Positions 38,963-49,263 of a stretch of DNA of 64,000 bases are shown here, in pieces. Every line of letters starts with the position of its first letter. The first letter of the stretch is position 1. The notes below the pieces were generated by a model. It was given only the letters and a program-made list of their open reading frames with translations. It was not told the DNA's origin and made no database searches. The stretch covers positions 640,001 to 704,000 of the forward strand of contig CAWFJP010000003.1 in assembly GCA_963816145.1 (NCBI GenBank), in the 5' to 3' direction. The DNA comes from an uncultured delta proteobacterium (GTDB lineage: Bacteria > Desulfobacterota > Binatia > UBA9968). A program made the translations under genes and the position numbers.

Positions 38963-39206
38963 AACACGCCATGCTAAAAGATCACGCGACCTCATTATTC
39001 AAATCCACGGCGAAAACGCGCATTTACTTTTGTAATCGACGCCAGTAGCCGGCAAGCCTACTGCTCGTTATGCCAGTACGCTTGCTTTTTGTTCTCACCC
39101 GTTAGCGGAAGAATCTTTCTATCAGGCGCCACCCGGTGTGAAGATCGGCTCGTCTGGCTCGAACGGCCCGGTTGCCGGGCGTGGTAGTTATTTAGGCTGT
39201 CCCGCT

Positions 39207-40232
39207 CTACTTCACATCCCCAGGGAAAAGCTTCGACGCGTAATCACGATTGACCGCCTGGATGATCGAGTTGTCATAAAACCGTTTCGGATCGGCGCCT
39301 TTGCCCTTGTCGTCCGGTGAGTTTTCGAGCACCATGCGGATCGCCGACGGGTCGACGCTCATGTCTTTGTTCCACACCCGCAAGCCTTGCCGGTAATTCT
39401 CGGCGAGCAACGCAGCATCGGTAATTTTGGAATACTTGCTGTCGAGCTTCTTGGCATACTCCTCGTCATCGATGGCGCGCTTGAGCCCGTCGAGATGGCC
39501 CATGAAATAGGCCTTGATCGTATTGGGATTTTTCTGCGCGAACTCGCGCATCACCGCGGTGCCCGGACCGATGATTTTTACCCCGTCTTTGTAATAGTCG
39601 ACGACCACCGTGGCGCCTTTCTGCCTGGCCAGATCGGTGTGCGGCGGGCCGATTACCAAACCGTCGGCATTGCCGACCAAGAATGTCGACAACGCCTCCC
39701 CCGGCGTGCGGTGATAGATCAGCTTCACATCTTTGCCCACTTCCATGCCATATTTACGAGCAGTCATGCGCACGACGATTTCGCCGAACGCGCCTGGAGA
39801 GGTTGTCGAGATCGTCTTGCCGCGGAATTGCTCGAACGACGTGATGCCTTTTTGGCTGAGCAACATCAGCGAGCTTTTATCCACCGAAGCGCCGACGTAA
39901 ATAATATCCGCTCCGCCCAGATTGCCGCCGATCGCCGTGGCTCCACCCTGGTAAATATCGACCCGACCCGAAATCAGCGCCTGCACCGAAGTGCTCGCCG
40001 CCACCACAGAAATGTTCACCGCTAGCCCATGCTTGGCAAAGTACCCGCCGTCCAGCGCCACCGCCGTGGGAATACTTGTCGCTCCCCAAGCCGCAATCGC
40101 TACCTCTAGCTGATTTTTTTCAGGCTTGACGGATGAAATTTGCGCAAAGGCTTCACCTCCCACCAAGTAGCCGACAAACAGCATCGCACCAAAACGAAAA
40201 CTAACCGATCGACGAAAGGCGGAATATTTCAT
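39207..40232 (-). CDS. ABC substrate-binding protein (SsuA/THI5-like)
   Basis: Signal peptide ending AFA; GYFAKHGL and FRGKTI motifs. Confidence 0.88.
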   Translation of the reverse strand: MKYSAFRRSVSFRFGAMLFVGYLVGGEAFAQISSVKPEKNQLEVAIAAWGATSIPTAVALDGGYFAKHGLAVNISVVAASTSVQALISGRVDIYQGGATAIGGNLGGADIIYVGASVDKSSLMLLSQKGITSFEQFRGKTISTTSPGAFGEIVVRMTARKYGMEVGKDVKLIYHRTPGEALSTFLVGNADGLVIGPPHTDLARQKGATVVVDYYKDGVKIIGPGTAVMREFAQKNPNTIKAYFMGHLDGLKRAIDDEEYAKKLDSKYSKITDAALLAENYRQGLRVWNKDMSVDPSAIRMVLENSPDDKGKGADPKRFYDNSIIQAVNRDYASKLFPGDVK

Positions 40233-40420
40233 GCTCGTAGACCTTTCACTGCACGTGATTCATCGAATACTCAAGTTGCCCAATCAATCCACGCAGCCTT
40301 TAATACGCCCCCGCGGTGACTATCCACGATCCACGGAGTGAGACGCAATAACCTTGACGACCCATTATTAGCCATGCACGGCAAGCCATCATATTTGACC
40401 AATCTTCGGAAACCATGACG

Positions 40421-41416
40421 TCAATTTCCATACAACTTTTTAATAAAACCGCTGTCCTCGATTTCTTTTAGGATCGAAGGGTCGATGAAGTCGTTCGGGT
40501 TGAGAGTTTTCATTTGCGGGCGGGTCTTAGACAGTTGATCGATGATGGTCTGAATGCCTTCGCGGTCCGGGTAGGGAACTCTGCGGATCAGTCGCTGGGA
40601 CATCTCGTCATAAGACACTTGCACCAGCGACAGGTCGTCGACCCGCGTGTACTTTTTCAGGACGTTCAGCGCCACGTCTTTGTTGGTTTTGAAGACATAG
40701 ATGCCTTCGAGATACGCCTTCATGAATCGGACGGCGACATCCCGATTCGCTTGAATGAAGCTTTTTCGCGTGCCGAAACCGTGCATCGAATAAGCCACGC
40801 CGAGCTCGCTCAGGTCGGCGACAACGGCCGCACCCTGTCGTTTCGCCAGTGTCGCGAAGGGCTCGGACAAAACGACCGCGTCCACCGCTTTGTTTTGCAG
40901 CGCCAGAAATTCTTCCTGCTCGCCGCCGAGCTGGATAATGGCAACGTCTTTGTCGGGAACCAGACCCCATCGGGTCAGAGCGTAGCGGATCGAAAAATCA
41001 CTGGCGCCACCCAGCCGGGAAATGCCGACCTTCTTGCCCTTTAACATCTCGGGCTTTTTAAGCTCCGGACTCCCCATGATTTTGAATACAAAAGTATTGA
41101 GTGTTGCGGTCAGGCCGACAAAGTCGCCGCCGCCCATGTTGGCGTTGATGTTGGCGACTCCGGCGCTGGTGATGAACTGAATCTCGCCGGCTAGAGCCGC
41201 CTGCACCGCCCGCGAACTCACCGGCACAAAGAGGACTTCGGCATCGACGCCGTATTTCCGCGGCAGGTCGAGTTCCTTCATGATGTAAACCGGATCGAAT
41301 TGAATGCCTATCGACGTGTAGGCGGCGCGGATTTTGGGCAGGTTCTGTCCCCGCGCCGGGACGATGAAAGCAATCATTACAGCAAAACAAACCACCCAAC
41401 TTTTTACACTCAACAT
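40421..41416 (-). CDS. ABC substrate-binding protein (SsuA/THI5-like)
   Basis: Signal peptide; LKGKKVGISRLGGASD and FIDPSILKEIEDSGF motifs. Confidence 0.9.
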   Translation of the reverse strand: MLSVKSWVVCFAVMIAFIVPARGQNLPKIRAAYTSIGIQFDPVYIMKELDLPRKYGVDAEVLFVPVSSRAVQAALAGEIQFITSAGVANINANMGGGDFVGLTATLNTFVFKIMGSPELKKPEMLKGKKVGISRLGGASDFSIRYALTRWGLVPDKDVAIIQLGGEQEEFLALQNKAVDAVVLSEPFATLAKRQGAAVVADLSELGVAYSMHGFGTRKSFIQANRDVAVRFMKAYLEGIYVFKTNKDVALNVLKKYTRVDDLSLVQVSYDEMSQRLIRRVPYPDREGIQTIIDQLSKTRPQMKTLNPNDFIDPSILKEIEDSGFIKKLYGN

Positions 41417-41508
41417 GGTTCCTCTCATTATCCGTCAATCAATCGCTTATCCCTGGTAATCCCAAGTGCTTAGCGTGGCGCGTAATTCGCGGCGACACCG
41501 TCCACTGA

Positions 41509-42708
41509 CTACTTTCGCCGAAACAAGTCATCCGCCATCCGAGACTTCACCCCTTCTCGTTTCAAGGTTTCTTCATACTCCGCGCGGATGAACGGATCTT
41601 CCTCGTCATACGGAATCGCCGTGCCACCGTCGCGTACGTCGATGGCGCCTTCGTCGATCGCCTTCTCCCCCGGCCGGCCCGGTTGTTGGGCGCGGTGATT
41701 GTTGGGGCCGTACCAGCCTAACAAGCGCAATGGTTCTTTGCTGACACCGAAATGCTGATGGAACCAATCGCCGCTCATCGGCGCCGCGCTCACCATGCCG
41801 ACGTGGTCGTAGTCCTGGCGAATGATTTTGTCGCGGTGGCCATCCTTCCAGGGCGTCAGTCCGTACTTCACTGGCCAAGTGTATGTGTATCCTTTACCCT
41901 TGATGCAGACCAAGACGGCAGCCGATGCGTGCGCATGGGCTTTGGAATAGCGACCGTTTTCGTGCTCGCCGATGAACTGATAAAAAACATTCTCGGTCAT
42001 GCGCGGTTCCATGCGCCGGTAGCCGGGCGAGCGCCGGTTGTCCAATTGTAATTCGCTGTTGAAGACATCGGGAATCAGGTTGGTCCGGCTCATGGCCAGG
42101 CCGCGCAGCGGATCGGGCACCACCTGGTCGTTGGGTTTGAAAAAATCTTCGGCGTCGCTGTAGCGGTCTTTGAAAACATAGGGACAGTTGAAGATGAAGT
42201 CGCTGTTGCGCACCAGGTTGACCATATTCGGCGCTGTGGTCGCCGCCAGCAGCACCGCGGGGGTCGACCGGGCGTTGATCACTCGATGCCACGCGTTCAT
42301 CGGGATCGAAAACAGCGAACCGGTTTGCCACTCGAACTGATGCTTGCGCGCCGCACCATCGACCCACACCTCGGTGGTGCCGCGCCCCTCGACGACCAGG
42401 TAAATCTCCTCGTACATATGGCGCTCGGCCTTGAGCCCATCGGCGCCGGGGATTTCGATGACGTAACAACCCCACAGCCCTTCCGTGCCATAGAGTTGAA
42501 TGAACGTGCCCCGGCCGCCGAGCCGCTTCCACGGTTTGAACGGCAGCTCCTGCACCCGCTGCACGCCGATGCCGCGGTAAATCGGCACTCCCTCGTTCTC
42601 CATAAAGTTATCGTAAGGTGAGTTGGGCCGGTTCCAGCTGCCGATGCCGGCGTTTTGTCCTCTGTCCGGTTCCTGCCACTCTGTCGGGTTCGAAGTTTTT
42701 TGCGCCAT
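41509..42708 (-). CDS. Bi-cupin protein (gentisate 1,2-dioxygenase-like)
   Basis: RHMYEE..LVVEGRG, IPMNAWH, KAHAH and DWFHQHF motifs. Confidence 0.82.
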   Translation of the reverse strand: MAQKTSNPTEWQEPDRGQNAGIGSWNRPNSPYDNFMENEGVPIYRGIGVQRVQELPFKPWKRLGGRGTFIQLYGTEGLWGCYVIEIPGADGLKAERHMYEEIYLVVEGRGTTEVWVDGAARKHQFEWQTGSLFSIPMNAWHRVINARSTPAVLLAATTAPNMVNLVRNSDFIFNCPYVFKDRYSDAEDFFKPNDQVVPDPLRGLAMSRTNLIPDVFNSELQLDNRRSPGYRRMEPRMTENVFYQFIGEHENGRYSKAHAHASAAVLVCIKGKGYTYTWPVKYGLTPWKDGHRDKIIRQDYDHVGMVSAAPMSGDWFHQHFGVSKEPLRLLGWYGPNNHRAQQPGRPGEKAIDEGAIDVRDGGTAIPYDEEDPFIRAEYEETLKREGVKSRMADDLFRRK

Positions 42709-42732
42709 CAAATTCTCCTGTTGGGGTAATAA

Positions 42733-43734
42733 TTAGAACCGCCCTTCCCTTTCTAACCTTTTAACCACGCTATCGTCCACCAACTCCTCGGCCCTGAGGC
42801 GGCGGATCTTTTCGTTGCCGGCGCCGAGCAGGCGGATGACGTTGCGCACGCCATCGACGCTCGGATAGATTTTCCTTTCGTAGAGGTCGAGCATGCTTTG
42901 ATAGCCTTCGTCGGCGTCTTCGATGCGTTTGAGCCGCAGCCCCTTAGCCAAACTTCTGGTCACCTGCGATTTGTTTTCCGGATTGCGAATGAAAGCGACG
43001 CCGTCGAGCAGGCCTCTAACGACGTTTTCCACGTTCGCCACCGACGACGCAGATGCGATCGTGCTCCGCCGGGTAATGATTCCCGTGCCCTGATACGGGA
43101 TCGGCAGCTTGGCTAAATCGCCGAGCACATGAAACCCTTTATTTTGGACGATCTTGGCATAGGTGTAACTTAGATAAGCGCCGTCGATATTACCGGCCAG
43201 GAGGGCCTGCGAGACCACCGAGTTATCTCCCAGCCCGCGGATCTGGATCTTATCCCGTTCGGGCACGAGCCCCCAGTAATCGAGCGCCAGCATGGTAAAA
43301 ATCCAGGTGCCGCCGCTCAAACTGTTGACGCCGATACTATGCCCCCGCAATTCCGCGGGTGTTTTGATCCGCGGATTCGCCGCAAAGGCTCCGGTCAATC
43401 GATTGATGAAGCCGGCGACGAAAACCAGATCCGCGCCCTCGGAAATCGCGCCCAGGTTCGCTCCCGACACCGAACCCCAATGCAGCAACGACTCGCCGGA
43501 ACTGAGCGCCGCCATGCCGACCGGGCCGTTGCGCACCTGCACCAACGTGACATCGAGACCGTACTTGCGAAAGTAGCCCTGATCCTGAGCGACATACAGC
43601 GCCCCTTCACGCTCGCTCGCCGAGCCGGTGGTGATCAGCACCTTAGCCAACGGCGCCGCCGCATCAGCCCAGGGGCAATTGAAAATAAGCAAGACAAGCA
43701 AGAGGATTAACCGTTCCGCCAGTAAAACTCTCAC
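42733..43734 (-). CDS. ABC substrate-binding protein (SsuA/THI5-like)
   Basis: GTG start with AGGAG RBS; YVAQDQGYFRKYGL motif. Confidence 0.88.
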   Translation of the reverse strand: MRVLLAERLILLLVLLIFNCPWADAAAPLAKVLITTGSASEREGALYVAQDQGYFRKYGLDVTLVQVRNGPVGMAALSSGESLLHWGSVSGANLGAISEGADLVFVAGFINRLTGAFAANPRIKTPAELRGHSIGVNSLSGGTWIFTMLALDYWGLVPERDKIQIRGLGDNSVVSQALLAGNIDGAYLSYTYAKIVQNKGFHVLGDLAKLPIPYQGTGIITRRSTIASASSVANVENVVRGLLDGVAFIRNPENKSQVTRSLAKGLRLKRIEDADEGYQSMLDLYERKIYPSVDGVRNVIRLLGAGNEKIRRLRAEELVDDSVVKRLEREGRF

Positions 43735-43822
43735 ATGAATTCTCCTGAAAATGGCCCAACCGATCTCTGACTCGCATCTCTGCAACACGCGCCGAGCCAA
43801 ACGACAACGTTAGGAGACGCGC

Positions 43823-44974
43823 CTAAAGAGGCCCATCGGGTCGTTTCCCTGACTTTATTAGCGCAATCTGCCCGGCTGCAAACGGCGAATCGAAAAGTTG
43901 CTCCCGCTCCTGATAGACGCGAAAGAAGTCGGCAATAAAATGCATGCGATCCGCAAAGTTCGCCCAATCATCCGCACCGCTGCCGCGCAAGCTATTTGGA
44001 GTCAAGTCGACCCTCGCCAGCAGTTCTTTCAGCCTCGGATTGGCGATCTGCAAAAGCGCTTCGGGGAATCGACTCGACAGATCCCGTCCCAGACGCAACA
44101 CCTCTGTACCCGACAAATGAAGCGTCATCAAATGATCGCTAATCACTTGGCGGATTAGTCGGTTTACCGCTTCGATAAGCTCGGCGAAGACGCGATCCAG
44201 ATCGGTAGTTTGACGCCGCAGAACACTCAAATGCGATCCGAACTTGAGACCTGGCACCACCCTCGCCATCAGATTGCTCTTTAATTCCTCGACACCGCTA
44301 AGCCCGGCATTAAGCGCCTCGGCAATCTCAGGCTGCAGCCGGGTTTGCTCGTGAAAGCCGGCGCATAGATTCGCCAGTAAGATCAACTCCGCTCTAATTT
44401 TGCCGGTTTGGAAACGCGCCTCGCCATAGGCCATGAAGGCTTCAGCGAGAAAACGTTGTCCAACCGGTGGATCGCCGGGACGCAACGTGGCGCAGAAACG
44501 CACGATCTTTTCTCGATTCAAGGAGGTGTCGACGCCAACGGCAGCGAGAAAACGTGCGAATTCACGGCCGATTTCGTCAAAGACTTTTTTGTTGCCCCGC
44601 GCAACCGCATCACTGGCGCGAGCAAATGCCGCGGCGGGATTGAGCGCCTGGAGAATTAGCGCACGAGCCATTTTGTCCTGCAATCGCGCGCTGATCCTCT
44701 TGAGATGGCTGCAAAGGCCCTCTAGCGCAGTGGAAACTTCGCATGACAAGTTAAACCGCTCCTCGAAAGCGCGGAGTAAATCCTCTTGGCGAATGGTTTG
44801 TCCGGCTTGTTTCGAAGCCCAGGTTGCAAACGTACACCAGTTGGCGGAAGCGCCAATCAATCCGGCGACGCACTGAGAGATCTCGTAGTAACACTGAGTG
44901 ATAGCGAGATTACGGATGATGGCATCGCCTTGTTGCGCGATCCGATCGATCTCCTCAACAGCGGGTGTGTTCAT
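43823..44974 (-). CDS. Hypothetical protein
   Basis: 383-aa ORF with motif-like RNLAITQCY, NWCTFATWAS, HEQTRLQP and DWANFADRMHFI segments. Confidence 0.7.
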   Translation of the reverse strand: MNTPAVEEIDRIAQQGDAIIRNLAITQCYYEISQCVAGLIGASANWCTFATWASKQAGQTIRQEDLLRAFEERFNLSCEVSTALEGLCSHLKRISARLQDKMARALILQALNPAAAFARASDAVARGNKKVFDEIGREFARFLAAVGVDTSLNREKIVRFCATLRPGDPPVGQRFLAEAFMAYGEARFQTGKIRAELILLANLCAGFHEQTRLQPEIAEALNAGLSGVEELKSNLMARVVPGLKFGSHLSVLRRQTTDLDRVFAELIEAVNRLIRQVISDHLMTLHLSGTEVLRLGRDLSSRFPEALLQIANPRLKELLARVDLTPNSLRGSGADDWANFADRMHFIADFFRVYQEREQLFDSPFAAGQIALIKSGKRPDGPL

Positions 44975-45179
44975 AGATTAGTGAGAAGCCAAGAAAAGGC
45001 TTGCGCTGTTGCCGTGATTGCCGCCGCTTCTTAGTGCGTGAGTTTACCGGCATGCGCGCCGCGTGACAAGATACATCCGCACGACAGGCCAGTTCGCAGT
45101 CAAATCGTGTCGCCGACCGGTGCTTCAGAGTCAATTCGGCATGATTGAAATCCCTCGCCCTAAGACAAAAATCGGTTCC

Positions 45180-45206
45180 GTCATTCCGGCGGAAGCCGGA
45201 ATCCAG
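45180..45206. repeat. GTCATTCCGGCG-type palindromic repeat (single arm)
   Basis: gtcattccggcggaagccggaatccag. Confidence 0.75.
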
Positions 45207-45274
45207 GTTTTGAATCCCCGCCCCACTGGATGGGTGGGAATCGCCTTCGAGTCGTCGTCGATCGAATCCCTTAG

Positions 45275-46333
45275 TCACTTCGGCGCTTCGTGGGCGAGCC
45301 GCTTGTACATGCTGAGGATCTCCGGGCGCCAATCAGTGTACTGTTTCACGTCTTCAACAACTTCCTTGCCACTGAACATCTGCTCGAACGGGTTGCCTTC
45401 GAGAACCAAATCTTCCCAATCTTTGCGGAACGCCGGGTCCTTGCCGACCTTCAACAACGCCTCCTCAACGATAGTACGGATCGATTCTGGAGTCCCGGGC
45501 GGGAAGGCCATGGCTCCACCGAGCCGGTCGGTGGAGTTGATTTTGTGAATAATGTTTCGCTGCACGTCGGTCTTGGCGAACTGCATGATCGACGGCACCC
45601 CGTCGAAGATCGGATGCTTGATCGGCGGCAGCTCCTCGGGCAACGTCATGGCGACCAGCGCAACCACCTCGCGTTTGGCAAACAACTCCGGGCGATCGGT
45701 CAACATGGATGCCGCGTCGTTGACGCGGCCCTGAATCTCGCCCTGCTCCAAGGCAACGTAGAGCTGCAACGTGTCATAGCCCAACACCCAGCGAACCTTG
45801 AGGCCGAGAATGTCGGCGATCAGCCGGGAGTAGAGGTAACTGCGGTTACCGACGCCCTGGGCCCCGAGCGTAACTTCTCGCTTGCGCAGCTCGTCCAAGG
45901 TCTTGATGCCTGCGCGTTGATGCATGAACAACGCGTTGCGCTGCTTGCCGGTGCTGGGAGCGCCGACGTAAACGAAGCTGCGCGGGTCGTAGGTCGCGCC
46001 CGGCGCACCGAAATAAGGTGCCTCCAGATACGAAGAGATCACCATCGACAGGAAGCTACCGTCGGTGGCGCCTTTGCTAAGCGCCAGCATCGCCGGAATA
46101 CCCTGCCCGCCGGTTTTGTTTTGAATCAAAAAGATCGGGTTGCCGGGAGTATACTTAGTCAGATACCTTGCCAGAGTTCGCGCGATGCGGTCCTGCCGGC
46201 CGCCCGCCGGAGCGCCGACCTGCAAAGTTACAGTCTTTCCCTGGAAATAGGCTTGTTGCGCCGCGTGCGCGGGCAACTGAAAAATGCATAAGACATAAAC
46301 CAACACTCCGACGATGCTCGTATTTATCATCAT
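45275..46333 (-). CDS. Tripartite tricarboxylate transporter substrate-binding protein (Bug/TctC-like)
   Basis: YFQGKTV, G.PAGG..D..AR, PGNP....QN and FPPGTP motifs. Confidence 0.85.
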   Translation of the reverse strand: MMINTSIVGVLVYVLCIFQLPAHAAQQAYFQGKTVTLQVGAPAGGRQDRIARTLARYLTKYTPGNPIFLIQNKTGGQGIPAMLALSKGATDGSFLSMVISSYLEAPYFGAPGATYDPRSFVYVGAPSTGKQRNALFMHQRAGIKTLDELRKREVTLGAQGVGNRSYLYSRLIADILGLKVRWVLGYDTLQLYVALEQGEIQGRVNDAASMLTDRPELFAKREVVALVAMTLPEELPPIKHPIFDGVPSIMQFAKTDVQRNIIHKINSTDRLGGAMAFPPGTPESIRTIVEEALLKVGKDPAFRKDWEDLVLEGNPFEQMFSGKEVVEDVKQYTDWRPEILSMYKRLAHEAPK

Positions 46334-46348
46334 GTCTGCTCCTGAACA

Positions 46349-46498
46349 CTGAAGGCCCTCGGCTCCAAGCCGAGGGGTTCTGAATTCGTCGACTGGAAGT
46401 CGACTCTTTCTTTCGTCATTCCGGCGCAGGCCGGAATCCAGATTTTCCTCGGCCTTTCTACGAAACCGAAGATGGATGCCGGCCTTCGCCGGCATGAC
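46349..46498. repeat. Composite repeat: CCCTCGGC/GCCGAGGG hairpin plus GTCATTCCGGCG doublet
   Basis: Shares the extended flank ttctgaa..ctggaagtcg..cgtcattccggcgcaggccggaatccag with 31750-31812. Confidence 0.8.
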
Positions 46499-46772
46499 AA
46501 ATCCTCTCTTCACTTGAAGTCGAGAGATTTCAACTATCCCGAAAGGGACATTAACCTTTACGCATCGGTCTTTAAGTCGAATCTGAACCGATTCTCGATT
46601 TACCGCAATACTTAATCGCGACCCGACTATCTTGCATTCCGCATTAATCACCGCAGATGGGTTTCCCTTTTATGAGTTTTTCAAGTAAGCGATGAACCAA
46701 CTGAACGCTTCATTCAAACTTCACAGGTTCAATGGTTCAAGGTCGTATCCAAGAAGAGATAGGAGAACAGCC

Positions 46773-47669
46773 ATGGAGACAACCGGAGACACAATCTACG
46801 AATGGGACAAGAACCCGCGCATGCCGGTGCCGGCGCCACCGGCGGGGAGCTGCGACTGCCAGTTTCACATCTACGAGGATCCGGCGCAGTTTCCGCCACG
46901 CGCCAATGCGCCCTACCCGCCGATCGAGAGCGCGACCTTCAGCGAAGCACAGCGCATGCACAAGGCGATCGGCTTCAGCCGCGGCGTCATCGTCCACAGC
47001 GCGATCTACGGCAGCGATCATCGACTCTTGCTGCACGCCCTCGAAGGGCTGAACGATCGCGACCGTTACCGCGGTATCGGCATTGTCGACGATCGGGTTT
47101 CCGACAAGGAATTGGAACGGCTCCACGCCGCCGGCGTGCGCGGCGCGCGCTTTAACTTCGTCCGCTTCTTCGCCATGGAACAGCGTGAGGCCGAGGTCCG
47201 GCGCTCGATGGCGCGCATCAAGGAACTCGGCTGGCACGCCCGGCTGCATGTCAACGGCGAAGACCTGCTGGAGAATTCAACGCTGCTCCGTTCTTTCAAA
47301 GATATTCCGATGGTGATCGACCATTTCGGCCATGTCGGCTTTGAAGGCGGGCTAGAGCGGCCGGTGATCCGCTGGGTGCTCGATTCGCTCAAGCTGGACA
47401 ACTGGTGGGTGATGGTTTCCAACGGCAATCGCGATTCGAAGATGACCACGGGCTGGCACGACGCCCTGCCCTACGGCAAGGCTTTCATCGACGCTGCTCC
47501 CGACCGTATCGTCTGGGGCACCGATTGGCCCCACCCGCAATGGAAGAAACGCATGATGAACGACGCCGAAGAAGTCGAACTGCTCTACCGCTACGTCGAC
47601 GGCGACGCGGCGTTGCTGCAGAAGATTTTAGTCGACAACCCGGCGCGGCTGCACGGATTTAACAAGTAG
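46773..47669 (+). CDS. Amidohydrolase, LigI (2-pyrone-4,6-dicarboxylate lactonase)-like
   Basis: CDCQFH, GVRGARFN, IDHFG, WGTDWPHP and LVDNP motifs. Confidence 0.82.
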   Translation: METTGDTIYEWDKNPRMPVPAPPAGSCDCQFHIYEDPAQFPPRANAPYPPIESATFSEAQRMHKAIGFSRGVIVHSAIYGSDHRLLLHALEGLNDRDRYRGIGIVDDRVSDKELERLHAAGVRGARFNFVRFFAMEQREAEVRRSMARIKELGWHARLHVNGEDLLENSTLLRSFKDIPMVIDHFGHVGFEGGLERPVIRWVLDSLKLDNWWVMVSNGNRDSKMTTGWHDALPYGKAFIDAAPDRIVWGTDWPHPQWKKRMMNDAEEVELLYRYVDGDAALLQKILVDNPARLHGFNK

Positions 47670-47707
47670 CGATTGGACGTACTGATTCGCGATGTAAAAT
47701 CCAACCT

Positions 47708-47786
47708 CACCACGAAGATCACGAAGGACACGAAGGTTCGGAGAATAAATATTCCGCACTTCGTGCTCTTCGTGTCCTTCGTGGTG
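47708..47786. repeat. CACGAAG-type inverted repeat element
   Basis: caccacgaagatcacgaaggacacgaag ... cttcgtgctcttcgtgtccttcgtggtg. Confidence 0.88.
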
Positions 47787-47839
47787 AAATAAAATTGTCG
47801 CATCGGAGCGGATTCTAGCCTCATTATCCAACTCTCGGT

Positions 47840-48928
47840 TCAAGCGGTGAAGCCATAAAACCGCGCCGCGTTGCCGCGCAGGATCGCCTGCTTGGCGCTA
47901 TCGCCGATCTCCTTGCGCTCGCGCACTTCGCGAATTTCCTTCCTGACCGTGTGCAGGTTCACTTCGTGCGGAAAGTCCGACGAAAACATGAAAGCCTGCT
48001 CGCCGGCCACGTGGATTGCGTAGGGCAGATCGCTTTCGCCGCCTTCGATTCCCACCACCAAGCGGCCAGCCCGTACCAGTCCGAAGATGTACTCCGACAC
48101 GGTCTGCCCCTTGGGCAATTGCAGCAGCTCTCCACGCGGATTGACCGGCGTACCCGCTTCGAAGGACCGCGACAAACGTTCGAGCGCCATGAGAAACCAC
48201 AGCGGACCGCCTTCGAGAAAAGCCACGCGCAGCCCTGTAAAGCGGTCGAACAAATTATTCAACACCATCTCCGCCAGAGCGATCGCCAGTGACATCGGAT
48301 GGCCGATGGCGTTGGCGCCGGTGGAAACGTTCATGGTTTCCATCCCCAAATCCCAATGGCCGCCGCCGTGCACGACCACCGGAATCCCCAAGCGCGCCGC
48401 TTCAGCGTACACCGGCCAGTAGGGTTTGGCGCCGAGATTCAAATGTACACCGGTGGCGGGAAACAGTACCGAGCACATGCCCAAGTCTTTGTGCGCATGT
48501 TGCAGCTCGGCCAACGCCGCGTCGGAATCATGCATCGGTATCAGGGCGACGCCTTTGAAGCGCCGATCGCGCTGTAAATAGGTCTCAGCCAGCCAGTCGT
48601 TGTACGCTCGCGCCGCGCCGCAAGCATAGTCGCGGTCGACTATGCGGCCGATGCGTTGACCAGCAGTGGGAAAGAGCACCGCGTTGTCGATCTCCGCCTC
48701 CTCCATGAATTTGATCCAGCCCTCAGGTCCGGGGTTCACGAAACGGCCTTCGGCGTTGGTCGCAAAAGCGCCGGGGGGCGTACGGGTCAGTGAATACTGA
48801 ATATGGCTGTTAAGCGGAAACACGCCGCTGCGTAGTCGCGCGCCGCTGGCGCTGTAGGGAAAGTGACGGGCGATGCCGTCGCTGTCCTCGAAAATATGGC
48901 CGTCACCGTCAATAATATTTTGTGACAT
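47840..48928 (-). CDS. Amidohydrolase_2 family protein
   Basis: IDGDGH, ARAYNDWL, VVH, FLEGG and FSSDFPH motifs. Confidence 0.9.
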   Translation of the reverse strand: MSQNIIDGDGHIFEDSDGIARHFPYSASGARLRSGVFPLNSHIQYSLTRTPPGAFATNAEGRFVNPGPEGWIKFMEEAEIDNAVLFPTAGQRIGRIVDRDYACGAARAYNDWLAETYLQRDRRFKGVALIPMHDSDAALAELQHAHKDLGMCSVLFPATGVHLNLGAKPYWPVYAEAARLGIPVVVHGGGHWDLGMETMNVSTGANAIGHPMSLAIALAEMVLNNLFDRFTGLRVAFLEGGPLWFLMALERLSRSFEAGTPVNPRGELLQLPKGQTVSEYIFGLVRAGRLVVGIEGGESDLPYAIHVAGEQAFMFSSDFPHEVNLHTVRKEIREVRERKEIGDSAKQAILRGNAARFYGFTA

Positions 48929-49057
48929 GGAACCTCCCTGCCTTGAGCCGATCTTTGTGAAGCACTGCGGAAATCTTATCGCGACGACGTGTCGCGATAG
49001 CTTCTGCCTGATAACACCCGCCGAGGAAAATTGTCAAACTGGGGTAGCGGCCGAGTG

Positions 49058-49137
49058 AGACCTAGATCTCTCACTTCGTTCGAGATGACAAATCCAATAC
49101 TCTCCAGTGTCATTTCGAGCGAAGCGAGAAATCTCTC
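49058..49137. repeat. TGTCATTTCGAGCG-type palindromic repeat doublet
   Basis: agatctctcacttcgttcgagatgaca ... tgtcatttcgagcgaagcgagaaatct. Confidence 0.8.
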
Positions 49138-49263
49138 TCGGAAGGAAGATGTATGCCGGACTCGCACTGATCAACCAGCCAAATTGGCTTTAAATAATTC
49201 AGTTTGCCCGCACCCGGCGGACGCGCTATGTTTCGATAAAATCGAAACCCAGGAGGATTGACC

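Noticed and set aside
45290-46291. 333-aa ORF antisense to the Bug gene
   Set aside because: It shadows a GC-rich gene and has no recognisable motifs. The same applies to 13616..14506, 14409..15296, 28634..29599 and the same-strand off-frame ORFs 18461..19264 and 32157..32969.
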